DNA of 63,512 bases, the filler included, from Sandaracinaceae bacterium (lineage in GTDB: Bacteria > Myxococcota_A > Polyangia > Polyangiales > JADJQN01), in assembly GCA_947483975.1 (NCBI GenBank). It is 4 parts of 4 records of this genome, joined end to end, with 100 filler letters (N's around TTAATTAATTAA, not from the genome) between each part and the next. Parts side by side here need not be neighbours in the genome. Positions count along the whole stretch, not along the records: positions 47,949 to 63,512 come from CANKOL010000088.1; 3 more parts are not named here. One strand, given 5' to 3'. The notes under the pieces were generated by a model. That model saw only the letters and a list, made by a program, of their open reading frames with translations. It was not told the DNA's origin and searched no databases. Made by a program: the position numbers and the translations under genes. This document shows positions 56,362 through 63,512 of the stretch, piece after piece. The first letter of the stretch is position 1, and each line of letters starts with the position of its first letter.

Positions 56362-56388
56362 GCGTTCGCGGTATCCTCGCGCTCGCTC

Positions 56389-57423
56389 ATGTCGACTCCC
56401 ACTCTTCGCGCTGCTTCCGTCGCTCTCGCGGCTTCATGCCTGCTGCTTCTCGGGGGCTGCCCCCAGCCCGCGCCGCCCGAGCCTCCCGCGTGGAGCGCGC
56501 TGCCGGACGCCGCGAGCGCCGGGTGGCTGATGAACGTCTGGGCGTCTGGCCCGAGCGATGTGTGGGCCGTCGGCGGCAGTCCGGGCGCGGGCGTGGTGCA
56601 GCACTTCGACGGGACCTCGTGGCAGGCGCGCGACCTCGGGCGCGTGACCCCGCTGCTCGACTGGACCTTCGGATTTGCCGCTGATCAGGTGTGGGTCGTC
56701 GGCCAAGGCGGCACGCTCTTGCGCTGGGACGGCGCGGCGTTCACGCCCGAGGACTCCGGCACGACCGAGGACCTCTGGGGCCTCTGGGGCAGCGCGCCCG
56801 ACGACCTCTGGGCGGTCGGCGGCAGCGGCGTCGCGCCGTCGCTCGGCGTGCTCCTGCACCGCGACGCGAGCGGTTGGTCGAGCGTCCCGCTACCGACGCT
56901 CTCGCGCGCGAACGTGCACGCGCTCTTCAAGGTCTGGGGCAGCGGCGCGAGCGACGTCTGGGCCGTCGGGCAGCACGGCCTCTTGCTGCACTACGACGGT
57001 ACCGCGTGGGAGGAGCGCCCGACGGGCACGGGCGAGGACCTCGTCGCCGTCTGGGGCACGGGCCCTGAGCACGTCGCGATCGTCGGCGGTCGCGCGAACG
57101 GCGTGCTGCTCCTCTGGGACGGCGTCGCGCTGCGCTCGGTGGACCTCAGCTACGCGCCCGGCCTCAACGGCGTGTGGCTGCGCGACCCCGACGTCGTCCA
57201 CGTCGCGGGCGTGCGCGGCACGCTCCGCAGCTACGCGTGGGACGGCACGCTCCTGCGCGACGACGACGGCGCGACGACGCTCGATTTTCATTCGATCCAC
57301 GGCGTGGTGGCGCCGAGCGTCACCGACGAGAGCACGCTCTACGCCGTCGGCGGCAGCCTCTTCAGCACCGCCGCGCCGTATCGCGGACTCGCGTACAGCC
57401 GTCGCCTCACCACGGGCGAGTGA
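56389..57423 (+). CDS. Lipoprotein with beta-propeller-like WGxxxxDxWAVG repeats
   Basis: Lipobox LGGC; about six repeats such as LWGLWGSAPDDLWAVGG and VWGSGASDVWAVGQ. Confidence 0.82.
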   Translation: MSTPTLRAASVALAASCLLLLGGCPQPAPPEPPAWSALPDAASAGWLMNVWASGPSDVWAVGGSPGAGVVQHFDGTSWQARDLGRVTPLLDWTFGFAADQVWVVGQGGTLLRWDGAAFTPEDSGTTEDLWGLWGSAPDDLWAVGGSGVAPSLGVLLHRDASGWSSVPLPTLSRANVHALFKVWGSGASDVWAVGQHGLLLHYDGTAWEERPTGTGEDLVAVWGTGPEHVAIVGGRANGVLLLWDGVALRSVDLSYAPGLNGVWLRDPDVVHVAGVRGTLRSYAWDGTLLRDDDGATTLDFHSIHGVVAPSVTDESTLYAVGGSLFSTAAPYRGLAYSRRLTTGE

Positions 57424-57430
57424 CGCCCGC

Positions 57431-58045
57431 CTACGGGCTCGGCGCGCTCGGCGGCGTTGGGTGCGCGTTTTCACGCACGCGCGTCGCGATGCGCTCGCGC
57501 ACGTCGGCGTACGTCTCGTCGAGCTCCCGCATCGCGTCGAGCGCCTGAATCCGGGCGCGCGCGAGGTCGGGGAAGGCGACGGTCGGGTTCTGGTCGGCGA
57601 AGCGCATATACTCGGCCCACGCGGTGCGCGCGTCGTTGCGCCGCCCCTCGGAGCGCTCGAGCGCCTCCGCCGCGCCTTGCAGCCCGCGCGCCTGCATCGC
57701 CGCGTCGTTGCTCGCGCCCGCGAGCCGCGCCGCGGTGCGGAACATCTCGAGCGCCTCGGTCAGCTCGCCGCGGACGCGCTGCGTCTCGCCCATGTAATAG
57801 AACGCCCGCGGGTCGCTGCCCGAGAGCTGCACCGCAGCGCGAAACGCGCCGAGCGCCCCGTCGAAGTCGCGCGCGAGCAGCAAGCGCAGCCCGTTCGCGC
57901 ACTGCGTCGCGTACGGCGTCGTGCCGTGCGGGGTCGCGCTCGGCGGGGTCGCGCTCGGCGGGCTCGGCGCGTCTTGCGCGGCGGCGAGCGTCGGGAGCGT
58001 GGCGAGGGCGAGGGCGAGCGTCAGCGCGACGGGGAAGCGAGACAT
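57431..58045 (-). CDS. Exported TPR protein
   Basis: Signal peptide; DFDGALGAFRAA and AFYYMGE..R.RGE..EA TPR pattern. Confidence 0.75.
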   Translation of the reverse strand: MSRFPVALTLALALATLPTLAAAQDAPSPPSATPPSATPHGTTPYATQCANGLRLLLARDFDGALGAFRAAVQLSGSDPRAFYYMGETQRVRGELTEALEMFRTAARLAGASNDAAMQARGLQGAAEALERSEGRRNDARTAWAEYMRFADQNPTVAFPDLARARIQALDAMRELDETYADVRERIATRVRENAHPTPPSAPSP

Positions 58046-58058
58046 GGGCGTCACGGTA

Positions 58059-58586
58059 TCACGGCACGCCGTTGACGTGCGCGCCGCCGGAGCGCGCGAC
58101 GGGCCCGGTGATCGTCGCGCCCTGCACGTCGACGGTCGAGCCGCCGCCCGCTTGGATCGCGGCGACTGAGCCCGTCACCGTGCCGCCGATGATCGTCACG
58201 TGCGCCCCGCCGGACACCTCGACCGCCGTCGGCGCCGTCAGGTTGCAGTTGCGCAGCGTCAGGTTGCACGCGCCGCTCGCGCGGACGCCGACGTCCGAGA
58301 GCGTCGCCGTGATCCCCTCGAGCTCCATCGTGTTCGCGCCGGTGCACTCCAGCGTCGAGAGCCCGTCCCAGGCGCTCGCCGTGCGCTGCGCGGCGCCCGC
58401 CGTCTGCATATACGAGCTGAGGCCCGCGCCGCCGATGTAGACGAAGAGCCCCCCGACGAAGCAGACGAGCAGCAGCATCACGACGCAGCCGATCGCCCAC
58501 CAGACGACGGTGCTGACGGCCTTGTCCTTCGCCTTGCCGAGGGCGCGATCTACCTGACGGTCGAGCTGCTTCTGCGGATCGTACAT
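58059..58586 (-). CDS. Membrane-anchored protein with beta-helix-like C-terminus
   Basis: One TM helix then repeated AxGxxxxT(I/L) units; GGGGAG RBS. Confidence 0.7.
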   Translation of the reverse strand: MYDPQKQLDRQVDRALGKAKDKAVSTVVWWAIGCVVMLLLVCFVGGLFVYIGGAGLSSYMQTAGAAQRTASAWDGLSTLECTGANTMELEGITATLSDVGVRASGACNLTLRNCNLTAPTAVEVSGGAHVTIIGGTVTGSVAAIQAGGGSTVDVQGATITGPVARSGGAHVNGVP

Positions 58587-58637
58587 TTCTCCCCCTCTTT
58601 TTCCGGTTCTGAGCCTTCTCGGCTCAGGCTGCGCTGT

Positions 58638-58688
58638 TCAGCCTTCTCTGCTCAGCCTTCTCTGCTCAGCCTTCTCTGCTCAGCCTTC
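58638..58688. repeat. 14-bp tandem repeat TCAGCCTTCTCTGC (three full copies plus a partial) overlapping the cysN stop codon
   Basis: Copies start at 58638, 58652, 58666 and 58680 (partial); degenerate copies at about 58610-58637. Confidence 0.9.
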
Positions 58689-59963
58689 GGTGATCAGCAT
58701 ACCCGCGGCGACGGTGTTGTTGGTCGCCTCGTCGATCAAGATGAAGCTGCCCGTCGCGCGGTTGCGTCTGTAGGCGTCGTGCAGGATCGGCGCGGTCGTC
58801 TTCAGCTTCACGCGCCCGATGTCGTTCGGCCCGAGGCTCGCGACGCCCTCGACGCGGTGCCCGGTGTTGACGTCGAGCCTGTAGGAGAGCTCCGTCACGA
58901 CGGCGCGCGCGTTGCGCGTCGTGTGCTTGATCGCGTAGCGGTTCTTCACCGAGAGCGGCTTCTCGCTCATCCAGCAGATCATCGCGTCGAGCTCTTGTCC
59001 GACGACGGGTTGGTTGTTCGGGCGGCACAACATGTCGCCGCGCGAGACGTCCACGTCGTCCTCGAGGTGCACGATCACGCTCATCGGCGGGAACGCCGCG
59101 TCCACCGGCCCATCGAAGGTCTCGATGCGCGAGACGCGCGAGGTCATGCCGCTCGGCAGCACGACGACGTCATCCCCCGGCTTGATCACGCCGCCCGCCA
59201 TCGTCCCCGCGTAGCCGCGGTAGTCGTGGTGCTCGTCGGACTGCGGGCGGATCACCCACTGCACCGGGAAGCGCACGTCGACGAGGTTGCGGTCGCTCGC
59301 GATGTGCACGGTCTCGAGGTGATAGAGGAGCGGCGCGCCCTGCCACCACGGCATCCTCTCCGAGCGATCGACGACGTTGTCGCCGTTGAGCGCGCTCATC
59401 GGGATGAACGTGATGTCGTGCACGTCGAGGCGCGCGGCGAAGTTGCGGAACTCCGTCTCGATCTTGCGGAACTGCTCCTCGCGGTAGTCGACGAGGTCCA
59501 TCTTGTTGACGGCGAAGACGAGGTGCGGAATCCGCAACAGCGACGCGATGTACGCGTGTCTGCGCGACTGCTCGACCAGCCCGTGCCGCGCGTCGACGAG
59601 GATGATCGCGAGGTTCGCCGTCGAGGCGCCCGTCACCATGTTGCGCGTGTATTGAACGTGCCCCGGAGTGTCCGCGATGATGAATTTGCGGCGAGGCGTC
59701 GCGAAGTAGCGATAGGCGACGTCGATGGTGATGCCCTGTTCGCGCTCGGCGCGCAGGCCATCCGTCAGGAGCGCGAGGTTCGTGCGCTCGTCGCCGCGGC
59801 GGCGCGAGACGTCCTCGACGGCCGCGAGCTGATCTTCGAAGATCGTCTTGGTGTCGTAGAGCAGCCGCCCGATCAGCGTGCTCTTGCCGTCATCGACGCT
59901 GCCCGCCGTCGAGAAGCGCAGGAGCTCGATCGACTCGTCCGCGGGATCGTGGAGATGCTCCAT
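58680..59963 (-). CDS. cysN: Sulfate adenylyltransferase subunit 1
   Basis: GSVDDGKSTLIGRLL, EQGITIDVAYRYF, DTPGH, NKMD; no APS kinase domain. Confidence 0.96.
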   Translation of the reverse strand: MEHLHDPADESIELLRFSTAGSVDDGKSTLIGRLLYDTKTIFEDQLAAVEDVSRRRGDERTNLALLTDGLRAEREQGITIDVAYRYFATPRRKFIIADTPGHVQYTRNMVTGASTANLAIILVDARHGLVEQSRRHAYIASLLRIPHLVFAVNKMDLVDYREEQFRKIETEFRNFAARLDVHDITFIPMSALNGDNVVDRSERMPWWQGAPLLYHLETVHIASDRNLVDVRFPVQWVIRPQSDEHHDYRGYAGTMAGGVIKPGDDVVVLPSGMTSRVSRIETFDGPVDAAFPPMSVIVHLEDDVDVSRGDMLCRPNNQPVVGQELDAMICWMSEKPLSVKNRYAIKHTTRNARAVVTELSYRLDVNTGHRVEGVASLGPNDIGRVKLKTTAPILHDAYRRNRATGSFILIDEATNNTVAAGMLITEG

Positions 59964-60871
59964 CAGAAGTAGCCCTCCTTCTTGCGGTCTTCCATCGCGG
60001 CCTCGGTGAAGCGATCGTCCGCGCGGGTCGCGCCGCGCTCGGTCAGGCGCGCGGCGGCGACCTCCGCGATCACGTCGTCGAGCGTCGCCGCCGGTGAGTC
60101 GACGGCGCCCGTGCAGCTGATGTCGCCGACGGTGCGGAAGCGGACGTTCGCCTCGAACACGTCCTCGCCCGGCAGCTTCGTCATGAAGGGATTGTCCGCG
60201 TACAGCATCCCGTCTCTGCGGAAGACCTGGCGCGGGTGCGAGAAGTAGATGTTCGGGAGCGCGATGTTCTCGAGCTGCACGTACTGCCACACATCGAGCT
60301 CAGTCCAGTTGGAGAGCGGGAACACCCGCAGATGCTCCCCGCGCTTCACGCGCGCGTTGTAGAGCGACCAGAGCTCCGGGCGCTGGTTCTTCGGGTCCCA
60401 CTGCCCGAACTCGTCGCGGTGCGAGAAGATGCGCTCCTTGGCGCGCGCCTTCTCTTCGTCGCGCCGCGCGCCGCCGATCGCCGCGTCGAAGCCGTGCTCC
60501 TCGATCGCGTCGAGCAGCGTGATCGTCTGCAGCCGATTGCGCGACGCGCGCGGACCCGTCTCCTCGGTGACGCGCCCGGTGTCGATCGACCTCTGCACGC
60601 TCGCGACGAGCAGCCGCTCGCCGAGCTCCTTCACGCGCTGATCGCGGAAGGCGATCACCTCGTCGAAGTTGTGCCCGGTGTCGATGTGCATCAGCGGGAA
60701 GGGGAATCGCGCGGGGCGAAACGCCTTCTCGGCGAGGCGCAGCAGCACGATCGAGTCCTTGCCGCCGGAGAAGAGCAGCACGGGTCGCTCGCGCTCGGCC
60801 GCGAGCTCCCGCATGATGTGCACGGACTCGTCTTCGAGCGTGCGCAGATGACTTCGCTGGTAGGAGCGCAT
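59963..60871 (-). CDS. cysD: Sulfate adenylyltransferase subunit 2
   Basis: FSGGKDS, GGARRDEEKARAKER, WDPKNQRPELW, MEDRKKEGYF. Confidence 0.97.
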   Translation of the reverse strand: MRSYQRSHLRTLEDESVHIMRELAAERERPVLLFSGGKDSIVLLRLAEKAFRPARFPFPLMHIDTGHNFDEVIAFRDQRVKELGERLLVASVQRSIDTGRVTEETGPRASRNRLQTITLLDAIEEHGFDAAIGGARRDEEKARAKERIFSHRDEFGQWDPKNQRPELWSLYNARVKRGEHLRVFPLSNWTELDVWQYVQLENIALPNIYFSHPRQVFRRDGMLYADNPFMTKLPGEDVFEANVRFRTVGDISCTGAVDSPAATLDDVIAEVAAARLTERGATRADDRFTEAAMEDRKKEGYF

Positions 60872-60942
60872 AGGGGAGCCGCCGAAGTACCATCGTTCGC
60901 GGGTGGCGTCGATCTTCGGGCCAAACGCTTGGGGGGCAGGGG

Positions 60943-61629
60943 ATGACGCTGCGCGAGGAGCTGCTCGAGCTGGTGGTGGACACGCCCGCCACGGTGGAGC
61001 TGCGCGGCTTGCTGCTCGACGACGCGACGGACGTGCGCGGGGACTCCTACGGCGCCGTGCTGCTCAGCCGGGCTTACTCGCTGCTCGGGGTGCTGGCGCG
61101 GCCCCGTAAGGCGCTGCTCGCGCAGGCGCTCCTCGACGCGGGGGAGGTCGACGGCTGGTCGGTGGTCGCGCTGCGCGCGCTGCCTTTCCCTGGGCTCGAG
61201 TGGTCCCGCGCGACGCTGATGACGCTCGCCGATGGGCGCCGCCTCGACCGGGCCATCGACGCCTCGCGCGGCGTCGTCGCGCCCCTGACGCGCGACGACC
61301 TGCACCGACTGCCGCCGACGCACGCCGCCGAGCTAGGCGCCGCGTTCGAGCGTGGCGCCGTCCTGTGCGCGCGGGTCGGCGGCGAGCTCGCGAGCTTCGC
61401 GCACGTCGGGCTGCGCACCGAGGCGCACTTCGACCTATCCGTCGACACGCTCGAGGCGCACCGCGGGCACGGGCTCGCGCAGCTGACGGCGGCTGCGCTG
61501 ATCGAGCACGAGCGCAGAGCGGGTCGCTCGCCGGTGTGGGGCGCGCTCGAGGGCAACGCGCCGTCGCTCGCCGTCGGGCGCGCGCTCGGCTTCGTGGGAG
61601 TCGCGGAGCTCTTCGTCGCGGAGCTCTGA
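60943..61629 (+). CDS. GNAT-family N-acetyltransferase
   Basis: VDTLEAHRGHGLA acetyl-CoA motif; N.PSLAV..ALGF. Confidence 0.82.
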   Translation: MTLREELLELVVDTPATVELRGLLLDDATDVRGDSYGAVLLSRAYSLLGVLARPRKALLAQALLDAGEVDGWSVVALRALPFPGLEWSRATLMTLADGRRLDRAIDASRGVVAPLTRDDLHRLPPTHAAELGAAFERGAVLCARVGGELASFAHVGLRTEAHFDLSVDTLEAHRGHGLAQLTAAALIEHERRAGRSPVWGALEGNAPSLAVGRALGFVGVAELFVAEL

Positions 61630-61651
61630 GGCGCGCACGAGCGCCTCGGAG

Positions 61652-62194
61652 TCACGGAGCGCGTTGGCTGTGCCTCGCCCGCGCGAGCGTGACCCCGAGC
61701 CAGCCGTAGCCGAGGCCGAGCGCGGCGCCGACGAGCACATCCGTCGGGTAGTGCATCCCGTTGTGCACGCGCGAGAACGCCATCGCGAGCACGAAGAGCG
61801 CAGCCGGGATGCGCGCGCGGGGGTAGTGCCAGCCGAACACGAAGAGCACCGCGCTCGTGCTCGCGACGTGGCTCGACGGGAACGACGAGTCCTCGAAGCG
61901 AAAGCCGACGGGCACGATCTCGCCGGGGTGCGCGAGCCAAGGGCGGACGCGCTTGGGCAGAAAGCGCAGCATCCCGTGCTTGAGCAGCCCCTCCGTGACG
62001 ACCGCGTGCGTCAGCAGCGCGAACAGCAGCGCGACGCTCAGCTCCTTGGCGCGCGGCGGGTCGCGCCAGACCGCGAAGGCGAGCATCAGCGCCCAGGCGC
62101 CGACGAGGAACCAGATCGCGCAGAGCAGCTCCGTCGCTGGGTCGATCAGCCCGGCGCCGAGGGCGTTGAGCGCGCGCGCGAGCGTGAAGTCCAT
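61652..62194 (-). CDS. PAP2-family membrane phosphatase
   Basis: K......RVRP, SFPSSH, SRVHNGMHYPTDV. Confidence 0.92.
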   Translation of the reverse strand: MDFTLARALNALGAGLIDPATELLCAIWFLVGAWALMLAFAVWRDPPRAKELSVALLFALLTHAVVTEGLLKHGMLRFLPKRVRPWLAHPGEIVPVGFRFEDSSFPSSHVASTSAVLFVFGWHYPRARIPAALFVLAMAFSRVHNGMHYPTDVLVGAALGLGYGWLGVTLARARHSQRAP

Positions 62195-62224
62195 GCCCGG
62201 CTACGGTAGCCGAAGCGCGCCTGG

Positions 62225-63094
62225 TCAGCTGAAGTAGATGACCGCGACGACCGCGACGACCCAGAAGAGCAGGTTCGCGATGAACGGCTTGTCGCGCAGC
62301 ATCTCCTCGGTCGGGCTGTCGCTCTTGGCGTCGCGCCGGACGAGGTGCAGGAACCGCAGCACGCCGAAGAGCGTGAACGCGGTGGTCAAGACGAGGTAGT
62401 CGGTCGCGAAGGTCGCGCGCGTCGCCGGGTCGAGCGTGTACGCGGCGTACGTCGCGGTCGTCGCGAGCGCGGTGACGTAGAGGAGCGCCGTCAGCGTGCG
62501 CCGCGAGTACTGCGCGAGCACCGAGCGCGTCTTGCCCTCGCCGCCCTGCGAGACGAGCTCGTGCATGCGCTTGCCGAAGCCGAGAAAGAGCGCGAGCAAG
62601 AACGTGACGACGAGCAGGTAGACGCTCGGCGGCACGCCCGCCGCGTAGGAGCCCGCGATCACGCGCAGCTCGAAGCCCGCGGCGATGCAGAGCACGTCGA
62701 CGTACGCGACCTGCTTCAGGCGGAACGAGTACGCGAGGTTGAGCAGCAGGTAGGCGAGGGCGGCGAGCGCGAACTGCCACGCGAGCCCGATGCCGAGCCC
62801 GAGGGCGACGGCGACGAGCACGACGAAGGCGCGCTTCGCCGCGGTGACGGAGACGACGCCGCTCGCGATCGGGCGCGTCTTCTTGATCGGGTGCGCGCGG
62901 TCGGCGTCGACGTCGACGAGGTCGTTGAGGACGTAGACGGCGCTCGCGAGCAGCGAGAACGCGAAGAAGCCGACGACCGCGCCTGCGACCGGCTTGAGCG
63001 CGAAGAGCTCCTTCGCGAAGACGAGCGGCGCGAGGACGAAGAGCTGTTTGACCCACTGACGTGGGCGCATCGTCCTGAAGAGACCGCGAAACAT
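62225..63094 (-). CDS. UbiA-family decaprenyl-phosphate phosphoribosyltransferase-like protein
   Basis: MRPRQWVK, YVLNDLVDVDADRAHPIKKTRPIASG, LNLAYSFRLK, GKR..EL. Confidence 0.9.
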   Translation of the reverse strand: MFRGLFRTMRPRQWVKQLFVLAPLVFAKELFALKPVAGAVVGFFAFSLLASAVYVLNDLVDVDADRAHPIKKTRPIASGVVSVTAAKRAFVVLVAVALGLGIGLAWQFALAALAYLLLNLAYSFRLKQVAYVDVLCIAAGFELRVIAGSYAAGVPPSVYLLVVTFLLALFLGFGKRMHELVSQGGEGKTRSVLAQYSRRTLTALLYVTALATTATYAAYTLDPATRATFATDYLVLTTAFTLFGVLRFLHLVRRDAKSDSPTEEMLRDKPFIANLLFWVVAVVAVIYFS

Positions 63095-63512
63095 TGGGCG
63101 CCGCGGACTATTAGCACGAGGTCTGCGGGCCGGTCACGGCGGTTTGCGCGGGCGGGGCTCAGGACGCCCCCTCGACGGGGGACGGTCCCGTCGCTTTCGG
63201 CCGGGCGCGCGGAACATCCGGCGCGCGCGGAGTGTCTGCGGTCGAGTGTCGTGGGCCCTCGGCCGCCCCGGGCCCCCCTCCGGCTGAGATTGGATCATCC
63301 CGGCCGGGTCCATTACGCTGCGCCGTTCCGAGTTTCCAGGTCCGACCGCGAGCGCAGCTCCGGTGGAAAGGCTCCCTTCGATGATGCCCTGCAGGGCCCC
63401 CCGCTCCCCCTCCCTCGCGCGCCGCACCTCGGGCACGTCCCTCCTGGCCCTCGGCTCGCTCCTGCTCTGTTCGGCGGCGCTCGGCCGCGCCCCCGCGCTC
63501 CACGCCCAGGAC

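Noticed and set aside
58610..58688. Repeats considered as a CRISPR array (also 40589-40754)
   Set aside because: Units are 8-14 bp with no unique spacers of regular length, and no cas genes are present.
59964..60290. N-terminal extension of cysN in the ORF track
   Set aside because: Overlaps cysD in another frame; the real start is the ATG overlapping the cysD stop.
63325..63375. Partial resemblance to Moco or fluoride riboswitch motifs (TCCGAG...TGGAAAGG; GATGATGCCCTGC)
   Set aside because: Spacing and required partner strands do not fit; kept only as an unassigned structured-RNA candidate.

Overview
Very GC-rich bacterial DNA with gene content typical of Myxococcota (Ser/Thr kinases, Cys-rich lipoproteins, alternative complex III); the taxon is inferred. 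It is four contigs joined by 100-nt N spacers containing TTAATTAATTAA (16138-16237, 32144-32243, 47849-47948), so adjacency across those points is not biological. Contig 1: alternative complex III operon (actABCDEF), kinases, hisZ-purA. Contig 2: dapB/dapA, GH57 branching enzyme, PPIase, inositol monophosphatase-family enzyme, SGNH protein, then a minus-strand operon of two giant Cys-rich lipoproteins; the larger (~1937 aa) ends in a region resembling the channel and TcB-binding part of Tc toxin A subunits. Contig 3: tRNA-Lys and tRNA-Glu, then an integrated element with no recognisable virion genes. It encodes a large serine recombinase reading into the tRNA, a small RHH protein, a primase-like protein, a P-loop NTPase, a phage-type family A DNA polymerase, an iteron/AT-rich origin-like region and an SF2 helicase fused to a putative amidoligase. 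Contig 4: housekeeping and envelope genes (desaturase, MaoC, rarA, apbC/mrp, cysDN, UbiA family). Best candidates for undescribed biology are the lipid-anchored TcA-like system and the PolA-encoding element with its helicase-amidoligase fusion. All family calls come from reading motifs by eye; no searches were run.
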